Below, in pieces: positions 18,768-28,215 of a stretch of DNA of 64,000 nucleotides. The DNA lies in assembly GCA_964525635.1 (NCBI GenBank), contig CAZGJX010000007.1, forward strand, positions 1,250-65,249, in the 5' to 3' direction. Position numbers and translations under genes: made by a program. Numbering within the stretch: position 1 is the stretch's first letter; each line of letters starts with the position of its first letter. Source of the stretch: an uncultured archaeon. Its GTDB lineage: Archaea; Asgardarchaeota; Lokiarchaeia; Sigyniarchaeales; SOKP01. The notes below the pieces were generated by a model. The model had not been told where the DNA came from and did no database searches. It was given only the letters and a program-made list of their open reading frames with translations.

Positions 18768-19454
18768 GTGAATAAAAAAATGAAAAAATTAAACAAACTT
18801 TTAATACCTACAGTAGCAATAGTAAGTATACTATCAATTTTATTGATACCAAACTTTTCAGCTGCATACGGACCTGATTTTGAAAGTACTCAATTCCAAA
18901 TTCAAGCAAATAATGAAATGCAATATCAATTTCTACAACAAACAAGAATTAATATTTCTAGTGCTGTGGATGTTGAGGGTCAAATAAATTGTCAATCATT
19001 ACAAATTTCCAATAAGGAATTTGAACTTGAAATTATCAGTGCTGATGGTGATCTTAATATGAATATGACATGCACAGAAGAACAAGCAGAATTAGGATTA
19101 TTAAATGGAGAGCGACTTACTACTAGAAATAGAAATCGTGTAAGATATCAGGAAGGATTTTGTATAAATATTAGCTGCAACAGCTCACAAATTCAAGCTC
19201 AATTAAAAATCAGAGCAACGAACCAGAATAGACTTGGAAATTGGGCTTATTACGATGAGGCAACTGAAAAATGGGTTACTGTCCCTACTAGTCAAAAAGA
19301 TGGATTTCTCGTTGCTAATACGGATCATTTTTCTGTATGGACAATTTTAATTCCTGTACAAGATAATATATTACTATACGTTGGAATAGGAACAACTGTT
19401 GGAATAATTGCCGCAATTGCTGTTGTTAGTGTGTTATATTATAAGAGAAGATAA
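18768..19454 (+). CDS. secreted/surface protein with C-terminal membrane anchor
   Basis: N-terminal signal-like KKLNKLLIPTVAIVSILSILLIPNFSAA. C-terminal TM plus basic tail VGIGTTVGIIAAIAVVSVLYYKRR. Confidence 0.55.
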   Translation: MNKKMKKLNKLLIPTVAIVSILSILLIPNFSAAYGPDFESTQFQIQANNEMQYQFLQQTRINISSAVDVEGQINCQSLQISNKEFELEIISADGDLNMNMTCTEEQAELGLLNGERLTTRNRNRVRYQEGFCINISCNSSQIQAQLKIRATNQNRLGNWAYYDEATEKWVTVPTSQKDGFLVANTDHFSVWTILIPVQDNILLYVGIGTTVGIIAAIAVVSVLYYKRR

Positions 19455-19481
19455 TTAAACGGTTTTTATTTATTATTTTAA

Positions 19482-19491
19482 TTTTTTTTTT
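19482..19491 (+). terminator. T-tract putative terminator
   Basis: T10 run about 30 nt after the stop of the 18768-19454 ORF. Confidence 0.3.
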
Positions 19492-19525
19492 ATTTTAAAA
19501 AATATTTTAGAGATTATAAGAGAAA

Positions 19526-20779
19526 ATGTCTAATAAAAAACATTTGAACCGAAAAATAACTTTATTGGTTTTTTTTTTATTTCTTTTCCAGTTCAATTTT
19601 CTATTTATAAATAGTCTAGGAGTTACTAAAGATATTTCAGGTAATTATGTTAACAATGATATTATAAATCCTAATCAAACAGTATTTTATAATTTTACTA
19701 ATAATAATGTTCTTTTTGGCATTTCTACAGATTCTTATATGGATACAAACATAGATTTAGATCCTTCTATTTTTAATCGAGAATCTTTGATATTAATAAC
19801 AAACGAAAATAATCCTTTAAGTGTAAATTTTACATTAAAATCAAATATGGAAAAATTTAATTTAAACAAAACTCCAAAACGTCCATCTGATGGGAATTTG
19901 CAATATAGATATAGATTTAATCATATTATTAATATTCGTTCAAACATTTCTATCCAAAATCTCACTATAAGATATAAAAAAAGCATGAATAATGGACTAA
20001 AACCCAATTTTAATTATAAAATTGTATTATATGAAGAAGGAGCAAATTCATGGCAACCCCTCAAAACGGTAGATAAATTAAATGATTCATCCGGAGAGAT
20101 TTATCTTGAAGCTCAGATCTTGACATTAAACGCAGATGAAGGATATTACATTACATTATTTGAAATAAATACCATTAATTATGATTGGATATGGTATTTA
20201 TTGATATTTATGATTGTTGGGGTTTCTGCTTTAACAATATTATTATCCAAAAGGGAATTCTTACAATTTTTAAAGACCCGGACTATTCCAATAGATAAAG
20301 GCGCTCATAATCTCTCATTAGAGGATGTATTAGAAAATGAAAATAGAAATAAGATAATTGATTTAGTATTAGAAGAGCCAGGGATACATTTTAATGAATT
20401 ATTGAGAAAAACAGAATTATCAGCAGGGAATTTAGCATGGCATTTAGATATTTTAGAGACCTATAAAGTAATTGGAAAAAAAAGAATTGAAAGATATCTC
20501 GTCTATTTTCCATATTACCCTAAAAATCCTCTCTCAAATATTGATTTAAAACTCAGAAAGAGTGAATTAACTTTAAAGATATTAGAAATGATTGAAGAGG
20601 AACCAGGGATCTATAATAATAGAATTTCAAAAGATTTACGGGTAGATCATAAAACAATTCATTATCATATCAATAAATTAGTTGATTTAAACTTAATTAA
20701 TATAAAATTGGAAGGGAAAAAAAAGAAATTATATCCCAATTTAGATTCTGAATACTATAATAATCTTAATAATACTTAG
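19526..20779 (+). CDS. membrane-tethered regulator: N-terminal signal/TM, ~200-aa extracytoplasmic domain, TM, two cytoplasmic ArsR-like winged-helix domains
   Basis: Hydrophobic LLVFFLFLFQFNFLFI and WIWYLLIFMIVGVSALTILL. Then NRNKIIDLVLEEPGIHFNELLRKTELSAGNLAWHLDILE and LKILEMIEEEPGIYNNRISKDLRVDHKTIHYHINKLV. Confidence 0.6.
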   Translation: MSNKKHLNRKITLLVFFLFLFQFNFLFINSLGVTKDISGNYVNNDIINPNQTVFYNFTNNNVLFGISTDSYMDTNIDLDPSIFNRESLILITNENNPLSVNFTLKSNMEKFNLNKTPKRPSDGNLQYRYRFNHIINIRSNISIQNLTIRYKKSMNNGLKPNFNYKIVLYEEGANSWQPLKTVDKLNDSSGEIYLEAQILTLNADEGYYITLFEINTINYDWIWYLLIFMIVGVSALTILLSKREFLQFLKTRTIPIDKGAHNLSLEDVLENENRNKIIDLVLEEPGIHFNELLRKTELSAGNLAWHLDILETYKVIGKKRIERYLVYFPYYPKNPLSNIDLKLRKSELTLKILEMIEEEPGIYNNRISKDLRVDHKTIHYHINKLVDLNLINIKLEGKKKKLYPNLDSEYYNNLNNT

Positions 20780-20973
20780 AAATCAATCTCTTTTTTTAAT
20801 AATAAATATCTATTCCTTAATTAATATTTTCTACTCCTAATTATTAGGTTGTACCATTCTATTTATTGCTATACAAAAAAACCTTATATATGAATTTAAC
20901 TAAATTAAATTTAACTTAAATTTTTAAAAAAAAAGTTAAAATTTAATAAAAAATCAAAGAAAAAGTTAAGAAA

Positions 20974-23595
20974 ATGAATAATTCTAAGATTAAAAATTAT
21001 AAAAATTACAAATTTAAATTTTTTTTCGTATTAATAATTACCATCACACTTTTTACAATTCCCAATTTTATTAGCAATTTTATGGACTATAATTATAATA
21101 TTATTGAAAAGGAAAAAGAACCTCACATATTCATTCCTGATTCTCCTAAATCTTCTTATGTTTATAATGTAGATACAACTGATTATGCACTTGATGTTTT
21201 TGTAGAAGGGAATTATGCATATGTAGCAGCTTATGCATCGGGTTTAGCAGTTATTGATATCTCTGATCCAACTAATCCCGGAACTCCTGTGTATGAAGAT
21301 ACAAATGGTGAAGCAATGGGAATTTATGTAAGTGGAGATTATGCTTATGTCGCAGATTATAATGAAGGATTAGCTATTATTGATATCTCAGATCCAACCA
21401 ATCCTGGAGCTCCTATATATATGGATACAACTGGACATGCAGATAATGTAGTTGTGGAAGGGAATTACGCTTATATAGCGGGGAGTTCTTCGGGTCTAGT
21501 AATTATAGATATTTCAGATCCTACCAATCCAGGAACACCTATATATCGTGGTACTACTTCAAACGCTTATGATGTTTATATAGAGGGGAATTATGCATAT
21601 GTAGCAGCTTATGCATCGGGTTTAGCAGTTATTGATATCTCTGATCCAACCAATCCAGGGACTCCAGTTTATGAAGATTTGTTGGGAGATACAAATACTG
21701 TTGTTATATATGGAGATTATGCTTATTTGAGTGACCACATTCATGGTGTAGCAACAATTCATATTTCTGATCCAACCAATCCAGGAACTCCAATATACTC
21801 GGAAGGAGGAACACCAAATGATATTTATATAGATGGAAATTATAGATATACTATTAGTGATTTTATATTAGGTATCAGTGATTTATCCAAGCCTACTAAT
21901 CCAAAAGGTATTGGAGGCGAGGAAACCCAAGGAGATGGCTATGGGGTCTATGTAGATGGTAATTATGCATATGTGGCAGATGGTGTTGAAGGTTTAGCAA
22001 TTATCGATATATCTGAACAAATAGATCCAACAAATCCTATATATCAAGATACAAACGGACTTGCTTTTGGAGTTCAACTTAGTGGTTCTTATGCATATGT
22101 AGCAGATGGAGCATCAGGTTTAGCAGTTATTGATATCTCAGATCCAACCGATCCTGAAGCACCTAATTATGAAAATACTGCTGGAAATGCTCAAAATGTT
22201 TATATATGTGGTGATTATGCATATGTGGCAGATGGTATTGAAGGTTTAGCAGTTATGGATATCTCAAATCCAGGGAATCCATGGTCTCCTGTATATGAAG
22301 ATACAAACGGAACTGCATACGATGTTTATGTGAGTGGAGATTATGCATATGTTGCCGATGGAGAAGAAGGTTTAGCAGTTATTAATATCTCAGATCCAAC
22401 GAATCCCGGAACTCCTGTGTATGAAGATACAAATGGTGAAGCATGGGGAATTTATGTAAGTGGAGATTATGCTTATGTTGCAGATGCAATATCAGGATTA
22501 GCAGTTATTGATATCTCAGATCCAACGAATCCCGGAACTCCTATATATGAGGATACAACTGGAGAAGCATATGGAGTTTATATAGATGGAGATTATGCTT
22601 TTATTGCAGATGGTACTGCTGGATTAGCAGTTATTAATATCTCAGATCCAACGAATCCTGGAACTCCTGTATATGAAAATACTAATGGTGTGACATATAA
22701 TATTCATGTGGAAGGTAATTATGCCTATATGGCTGATGGAACATCTGGTTTGGTCATTATAAACATCTTAGATCCAAACAATCCAGGAAATCCTATATAT
22801 GAGGATACCACAGGAGAAGCATATGGGATTTTTATGAATGGAGATTATGCTTATGTTGCAGATGGACCTTCTGGATTAGCAGTTATTCAGGTTCGAAGGC
22901 GATTTGACATGCGTGATCCAAGCATATATTGGGAACCAAGTGATCAGTATTACGAATTTGGTTATTCTAATAAAACTATTTCATGGGAAGTAAGTGATGA
23001 AAATCCAAGCAATTATACAATTGAACTTCAAGGAACAGGTATTATTGCAGGTCCCACCCCATGGGAAGATGATGTTGAAGTTGTATATAATATTCTTGAA
23101 GGTCTTTCTATAGGTGATCATATATTTACTATTAATTTTAGTGATAATTATGGTCATTTTGATATTGATAGTTTTCATGTTTATGTTGATGAATCTGTAA
23201 TTCCGGTTATAACTGAAATACCGGATGATAGAACTGTTTATGAAGGACATTATTCTGGGGATTATTTTCATTGGGAGGCAACTGATGAACATCCAGAAAC
23301 ATATACAATTGAGCTTCAAGGTACAGGTATTGTAGCAGGACCTATTTCTTGGTATAGTGGTGAACATATTAGTTATCAGATTCCAACTGACCTTTCAGTA
23401 GGTAAATATAATTTTACAATTTACTTTACAGATGGAGGTGGAAATATTGTTTCTGATTCGGCTATTTTTACTGTTAAAAAAAATACTGGAGTATTAAACG
23501 TTGGAATTTCGCTTGAGTATTATTATTTTGTTTCTTTATTAATAGGAATAATAACAATAATGATATTGAAGAAACGAAAAATAATATTTCACTAA
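20974..23595 (+). CDS. LVIVD-repeat beta-propeller surface protein with two Ig-like C-terminal repeats and a C-terminal TM anchor
   Basis: About 14 tandem units of G(D/N)YAYVAD...GLAVIDISDPTNPG.P.YEDT.G.A..VY. Two paralogous ~95-aa modules (W.(V/A)(S/T)DE.P..YTIELQGTGI(I/V)AGP). N-terminal TM/signal, and C-terminal LLIGIITIMILKKRK. Confidence 0.75.
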   Translation: MNNSKIKNYKNYKFKFFFVLIITITLFTIPNFISNFMDYNYNIIEKEKEPHIFIPDSPKSSYVYNVDTTDYALDVFVEGNYAYVAAYASGLAVIDISDPTNPGTPVYEDTNGEAMGIYVSGDYAYVADYNEGLAIIDISDPTNPGAPIYMDTTGHADNVVVEGNYAYIAGSSSGLVIIDISDPTNPGTPIYRGTTSNAYDVYIEGNYAYVAAYASGLAVIDISDPTNPGTPVYEDLLGDTNTVVIYGDYAYLSDHIHGVATIHISDPTNPGTPIYSEGGTPNDIYIDGNYRYTISDFILGISDLSKPTNPKGIGGEETQGDGYGVYVDGNYAYVADGVEGLAIIDISEQIDPTNPIYQDTNGLAFGVQLSGSYAYVADGASGLAVIDISDPTDPEAPNYENTAGNAQNVYICGDYAYVADGIEGLAVMDISNPGNPWSPVYEDTNGTAYDVYVSGDYAYVADGEEGLAVINISDPTNPGTPVYEDTNGEAWGIYVSGDYAYVADAISGLAVIDISDPTNPGTPIYEDTTGEAYGVYIDGDYAFIADGTAGLAVINISDPTNPGTPVYENTNGVTYNIHVEGNYAYMADGTSGLVIINILDPNNPGNPIYEDTTGEAYGIFMNGDYAYVADGPSGLAVIQVRRRFDMRDPSIYWEPSDQYYEFGYSNKTISWEVSDENPSNYTIELQGTGIIAGPTPWEDDVEVVYNILEGLSIGDHIFTINFSDNYGHFDIDSFHVYVDESVIPVITEIPDDRTVYEGHYSGDYFHWEATDEHPETYTIELQGTGIVAGPISWYSGEHISYQIPTDLSVGKYNFTIYFTDGGGNIVSDSAIFTVKKNTGVLNVGISLEYYYFVSLLIGIITIMILKKRKIIFH
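21208..21272 (+). repeat. 65-nt perfect intragenic direct repeat, copy 1 (within the LVIVD gene)
   Basis: GGGAATTATGCATATGTAGCAGCTTATGCATCGGGTTTAGCAGTTATTGATATCTCTGATCCAAC is identical to 21586-21650, offset 378 nt (126 codons). Confidence 0.9.
21586..21650 (+). repeat. 65-nt perfect intragenic direct repeat, copy 2
   Basis: Identical to 21208-21272. Further near-identical ~90-nt units occur, e.g. 21264-21355 vs 22388-22479. Confidence 0.9.
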
Positions 23596-23683
23596 AAATT
23601 AATTAAATCTTTTTTTCTTTTTAATTTAGAATTAATCCAAAAAGGATAAATATTTTACATTCTATTTTCTTTAAACTACAAAT

Positions 23684-24199
23684 GTGAAATTTATGATTGA
23701 ACCAGAAGATTTATTAAATTTTTTAAAGGAAAGAAGGAGTATAAGATCCTTTCAAAATAAAACAATTTCAGATAAAGAAATCAATATGATTCTTGAAGCA
23801 GGACAATGGACTCCTTCAGCTTCTAATCGGCAACCATGGCAGTTTCTAATAATAAAAAATAAAAAGATAATAGAAGATTTATCAAAAATAGCTAGATATG
23901 GTAAATTTATAATAGAAGCTCCATTAATAATTGCGATTGTCGGTAAGGTTAATCAAAATCCAAATTGGTATATTCAGGATACTAGTTTAGCTTCGATGAA
24001 CATGATGTTAATGGCATGGGCCTTAAATATTGGTACTTGTTGGATTGGTAGCTTAGACCGTGAAAAAGCTAAAGAAATTCTGGGTATTAAAAAAGATAAT
24101 TTTCTATTAACCATATTACCTTTAGGTTATATTAAGGGATCTATCCCAAATTCAACAAATAGAAAAGAATTAAAAGATATAATAAAAGAAATTGAATAA
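23684..24199 (+). CDS. nitroreductase-family FMN oxidoreductase
   Basis: RRSIRSFQNKTISDKEINMILEAGQWTPSASNRQPWQFLII is the classic nitroreductase N-terminal motif. Confidence 0.8.
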   Translation: MKFMIEPEDLLNFLKERRSIRSFQNKTISDKEINMILEAGQWTPSASNRQPWQFLIIKNKKIIEDLSKIARYGKFIIEAPLIIAIVGKVNQNPNWYIQDTSLASMNMMLMAWALNIGTCWIGSLDREKAKEILGIKKDNFLLTILPLGYIKGSIPNSTNRKELKDIIKEIE

Positions 24200-24308
24200 G
24201 GATCTCTCTTATTTCTCATAAATCTTAAATTTAATTAATATAATTTAGCCTATATAAATAAATAGATTTTAATAAGGAATTTTTCATAATAGATCTAAAG
24301 TGGATTAA

Positions 24309-25802
24309 ATGGAAGAAAAATATCAAGCTTTAAGTAAACAATTAGAGACTATTATAGATATTATCCCTGGAATGATATATTGCAAAAATAAAGATGATAT
24401 AGTTACTTTAGTAAATCAAAATTTTGCTGATTCCCTTAAATTAGATAAAAAAGATATAATTGGAAAAACAACTTTTGATTTATTTCCAAAAGATCAAGCT
24501 GAATCATTCCGAAAGGATGATTTGAAGATCATTAATTCTGGAAAAGCAAGATTGAATTTTGAGGAGAGTGGGGATTTCCCAGATGGAAAGGTCTATGCCC
24601 TAACAAGTAAAGTTCCTTATAATGATGATAAAGGAGAAATTAGTGGTATTGTTGGTTTATCAATTGATATCACCGAACGGAAACTAATGGAAAAGAAACT
24701 AAAAGAATCTGAAGAAAAATTTATGAAAGCATTTGAGAGCAATGCTATCCCAATGGGAATTGCTGAATATGAGACTGGAAAATTTATTGAAGTTAATAAT
24801 ATTTTGTTAAAAAATTTGGGTTTTAAAAAAGAAGAAGTTATTGGTAAAACTGGCGCTGATCTTAATTTATGGGTTGAGGGAGATTATAAAGGACTTTTAA
24901 ATCTCATTGAAGAAAAAGGAAATATAACTAATATGGAATTAAAAACAAGAACAAAGAATGGAGACATTAGGTTTTCTTTGTTTTCAGTAGTTAAAATTAT
25001 TATTAACAATAAACCTTATATATTAACGATGGCTAATGATATAACTGAGCGTGTAAAAGCTGAAAAGAATTTAAAAGAATCTGAGGAAAAATATAGAAAA
25101 GCTTATGAACATGAGAATTTTTATAAAGATTTATTTGCTCATGATATGAATAATATTCTCCAAAGTATGCTATTATCTTTGGAATTATCTGAAATAAAAA
25201 ATATAGAAAATTCTGAACAGATTAGAAAGTCTCTAAGAGATATTAAAAGACAAATAAAGAGAGCTTCCAATTTAGTCAATAATGTTAATAAATTTTCAGA
25301 AATAGAATCATCAAAAAATAATTTCTCTATTATTGATATTATTGATGTATTAAAACAAGCGATTACAACTGCTGAAAAAATATCTAATGAGAAAAAAGTT
25401 AAGGTATGTATTGATAATAGATGTGAAAGTCCAAAAGTTCTAGCAGATGGTTTTTTATTGGATGTCTTTGAAAATATATTGATAAATGCTATCATACATA
25501 ATAAAAATCCATTAGTAGAAATTAATTTGAAAATTTCAAATATTTATAAAAATCAAGAAAAATTATTAAAAATTGAGTTTAAAGATAATGGAAAAGGTAT
25601 ACCTAATCAAATTAAAAAAGTTTTATTTAATAGAGTTATTTATAATCAAGATAAATCTGTTAGTGGATTAGGTTTGGGTTTATCATTAATTAAAGAAATA
25701 CTAAATAGATATGATGCAAAAATTTGGATTGAAGATAATGATCCAAATGATATTTCAAAAGGTAGCATTTTTATCATAACTTTTCCTCTTAAAACCAACT
25801 AA
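24309..25802 (+). CDS. cytoplasmic PAS-PAS sensor histidine kinase
   Basis: Two PAS-like modules each end with DITERK/DITERV. H-box FAHDMNNILQSM. HATPase_c N, G1 and G2 boxes (NAIIHN, DNGKGIP, GLGLGLSLI). No TM segments. Confidence 0.8.
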   Translation: MEEKYQALSKQLETIIDIIPGMIYCKNKDDIVTLVNQNFADSLKLDKKDIIGKTTFDLFPKDQAESFRKDDLKIINSGKARLNFEESGDFPDGKVYALTSKVPYNDDKGEISGIVGLSIDITERKLMEKKLKESEEKFMKAFESNAIPMGIAEYETGKFIEVNNILLKNLGFKKEEVIGKTGADLNLWVEGDYKGLLNLIEEKGNITNMELKTRTKNGDIRFSLFSVVKIIINNKPYILTMANDITERVKAEKNLKESEEKYRKAYEHENFYKDLFAHDMNNILQSMLLSLELSEIKNIENSEQIRKSLRDIKRQIKRASNLVNNVNKFSEIESSKNNFSIIDIIDVLKQAITTAEKISNEKKVKVCIDNRCESPKVLADGFLLDVFENILINAIIHNKNPLVEINLKISNIYKNQEKLLKIEFKDNGKGIPNQIKKVLFNRVIYNQDKSVSGLGLGLSLIKEILNRYDAKIWIEDNDPNDISKGSIFIITFPLKTN

Positions 25803-25977
25803 TATTAACATTTATTACTTCTTTTAATTCTTAAAGTCTTTTAATCAACTATATTATAATAATAGGATAAATTAACCTATTTATATACTACAATGGTAAA
25901 AATTTAAAAATTAGAAATTCTGTTAGAATTTATAAATTTAAAAAAATAACTAATTATTTCTAATTAGAGGAATTATT

Positions 25978-26607
25978 TTGTCAAATGATCTAATAAATTT
26001 AATAGTAGAATTAGATGAGGATGAAGCTATAGAACTAGTTCATCATAGAATTAAAGAAGGTGAAGATCCCCTTAATATATTAGGAGATGTAAAAGAAGCA
26101 ATGAGTGTTGTAGGTGAAAAATATCAGAAAAATGAGTATTTCTTATCAGAATTAATTATGACTGGTGAGATTTCAAAAGATATAACAGATATAATACAAC
26201 CTCTACTTAAACCTGATACTAATTCAAAAAATCTGGGAAAAATTGTATTAGGAACCGTATTTGGTGATATTCATGATATTGGAAAGGATATTGTAAAATT
26301 TATGCTTGATACAAATGGGTTTAAAGTATTTGACCTTGGTGTAGACGTATCAAAAGAAAAGTTTATTGAGAAAATTAAAGAAGTAAATCCCGATATTATT
26401 GCTCTTAGTGGGTTCCTTACTCTCGCTTATGATGCTATGAAAGAAATTATTACTGAAATTGACAAAGCAGGACTTAGAGAAAATAGGAAGATCATGATAG
26501 GGGGAGGACAAATAGATGATAGTATCCAGATTTATGTAGGTGCAGACGCTTTCGGAAAAGATGCTGTTGAAGCAGTAAAAATTGCAAAAAATTGGGTGAG
26601 TGGTTAA
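25978..26607 (+). CDS. corrinoid (B12-binding) protein of a methyltransferase system
   Basis: B12-binding cap helices followed by the DxHxxG motif GTVFGDIHDIGKDIVKFML and GFLTLA..IMIGGG. TTG start after AGAGGA. Confidence 0.8.
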   Translation: MSNDLINLIVELDEDEAIELVHHRIKEGEDPLNILGDVKEAMSVVGEKYQKNEYFLSELIMTGEISKDITDIIQPLLKPDTNSKNLGKIVLGTVFGDIHDIGKDIVKFMLDTNGFKVFDLGVDVSKEKFIEKIKEVNPDIIALSGFLTLAYDAMKEIITEIDKAGLRENRKIMIGGGQIDDSIQIYVGADAFGKDAVEAVKIAKNWVSG

Positions 26608-26609
26608 AA

Positions 26610-28040
26610 ATGTGGAATAAGATAAAATTTTGGAAAAAATATATAAAGTCTGATAAAGAATCAGAACCAAAAGTAAAAAAAAAGGTTACAGAACCAGTTG
26701 AACAAGATATAGAACTTTCTAGATTAGATGAAAAACAAGAAAAAATGTTTGAAAGATGGCTTTCAGCAGAAAATATTAACTTTATTAGTCCAGAAGCTGA
26801 ACGCCTATATAAGGAAAGAATAATAAGAATTAAAAACGCAATACAATTGAAAAAAATACCAGATAGGGTACCAGTTGTTTTAAGTATAGGATTTTTTCCA
26901 GCATATTATTCTGGATTAACTCCAAAAGAAGTTATGTATGATTATGATAAATTATATGCTTCTTGGAAAAGGTTTGTTTTGGATTTTCAACCTGATGCTC
27001 ACATAGGGTGTTTTGTTCCAGGACCAGGTAAAATATTTGACATTCTAGATTATAGATTATATGCATGGCCAGGGCATGGTACCTCTCCTGAGCACTCATA
27101 TCAGTGTATTGAAAAAGAATATATGAAAAAGGATGAATATGATGCCTTTATTGAAGATCCTTCTGGATTCTTTAGAACTGTATATCTTCCTCGTATTTTT
27201 GGAGCATTAGAACCATTGAAAAACCTTTCTCCTCTGACAAATATACTTGAGATAGTATTCACTGGTGGAAGTATCCTTCCTTATGGGCTTCCTGATGTTC
27301 AAGAAGCATATAAAAAGCTTTTACAAGCAGGATCAGAAGCTTTAAAATGGGGCGGAGTTCTTGGTGCATTTGATAAGGAAATGGCTGAATTGGGATATCC
27401 AAACTTTTTTGGAGGTGCCACAAAGGCTCCTTTTGACACTATTGGTGATACTCTTAGAGGAACTAGAGGAATTATGATGGATATTCATAGACAACCAGAG
27501 AAACTTCTGGAAGCTCTTGATAAAATCACCCCTTTAATGGTCAAATTAGGGGTTGGAGGTGCAAAAATGAGTGGTAATCCTCTTATATTTATACCTTTAC
27601 ATAAAGGTGCAGATGCGTTTCTTTCTGACAAACAATACAGAAAATTCTATTGGCCTTCATTTAAAAACACACTTTTGGGATTAATTGAAGAAGGATGTGT
27701 TCCATTTCCCTATGCAGAAGGAAGTTATAATACACGCTTAAATGTAATTAAGGACTTACCTAAAGGTAAAGTACTTTGGGGCCTTGATTTAACAGATATG
27801 ACAGCTGCAAAGGAAGTTCTTGGTGATTATGCGTGTATAGCAGGAAATGTACCTATTACCCTATTAAATGTGGGAGCTAGTGAACAAGTCAAATTTTATA
27901 CTCAGGCCTTGATTGATAGTGTTAGTCATGGAGGGGGATTTATAATGATGAATGGTACTGTTATTGAAGAAGCTAAACCAGAAAATGTCAAAACTATGAT
28001 CAATACCACTAAAGAATATGGTGTATACAAACAGGATTAA
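26610..28040 (+). CDS. uroporphyrinogen-decarboxylase (URO-D/MtaA/MtvB-like) family methyltransferase
   Basis: URO-D-fold-like sequence (IPDRVPVV, HKGADAFLS, FPYAEGSY, ACIAGNVP). ATG 26610 lies 3 nt after the corrinoid gene stop; the ORF-track TTG 26592 would overlap. Lys-rich ~45-aa N-terminal extension. Confidence 0.65.
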   Translation: MWNKIKFWKKYIKSDKESEPKVKKKVTEPVEQDIELSRLDEKQEKMFERWLSAENINFISPEAERLYKERIIRIKNAIQLKKIPDRVPVVLSIGFFPAYYSGLTPKEVMYDYDKLYASWKRFVLDFQPDAHIGCFVPGPGKIFDILDYRLYAWPGHGTSPEHSYQCIEKEYMKKDEYDAFIEDPSGFFRTVYLPRIFGALEPLKNLSPLTNILEIVFTGGSILPYGLPDVQEAYKKLLQAGSEALKWGGVLGAFDKEMAELGYPNFFGGATKAPFDTIGDTLRGTRGIMMDIHRQPEKLLEALDKITPLMVKLGVGGAKMSGNPLIFIPLHKGADAFLSDKQYRKFYWPSFKNTLLGLIEEGCVPFPYAEGSYNTRLNVIKDLPKGKVLWGLDLTDMTAAKEVLGDYACIAGNVPITLLNVGASEQVKFYTQALIDSVSHGGGFIMMNGTVIEEAKPENVKTMINTTKEYGVYKQD

Positions 28041-28088
28041 AAAACTTAAATTATTTCATGATAATCAGTTGCATTAACACTGAATATC

Positions 28089-28097
28089 TTTTTTTTT
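28089..28097 (+). terminator. T-tract putative terminator after the methyltransferase pair
   Basis: T9 run about 50 nt after the stop at 28040. Confidence 0.35.
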
Positions 28098-28185
28098 AAA
28101 TCTATATTCTTAGCGTAATATGTCATTATATTTATTTTTAGAATTCTATTAAAAAAGAAGGGTAAGAACTATCTTATAAATAGAG

Positions 28186-28215
28186 ACTATTGGTACAAAA
28201 AAAAGTACCAATAGT
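28186..28215. repeat. perfect 11-bp inverted repeat (hairpin) with A8 loop
   Basis: ACTATTGGTAC-AAAAAAAA-GTACCAATAGT in the ORF-poor region. Confidence 0.85.

Noticed and set aside
20974-23595. Regularly spaced ~125-nt and ~378-nt repeats that could superficially look like a CRISPR or tandem-repeat array.
   Set aside because: The repeats are in frame within one long ORF and encode LVIVD propeller blades. There is no repeat-spacer architecture, and no cas genes are in the window.
25978-28040. Possibility of an in-frame amber (pyrrolysine) methylamine methyltransferase next to the corrinoid protein.
   Set aside because: No MtmB/MtbB/MttB-like reading frame, with or without an internal TAG, could be traced upstream or in the 2 kb downstream. 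The adjacent enzyme is URO-D-family and is uninterrupted.
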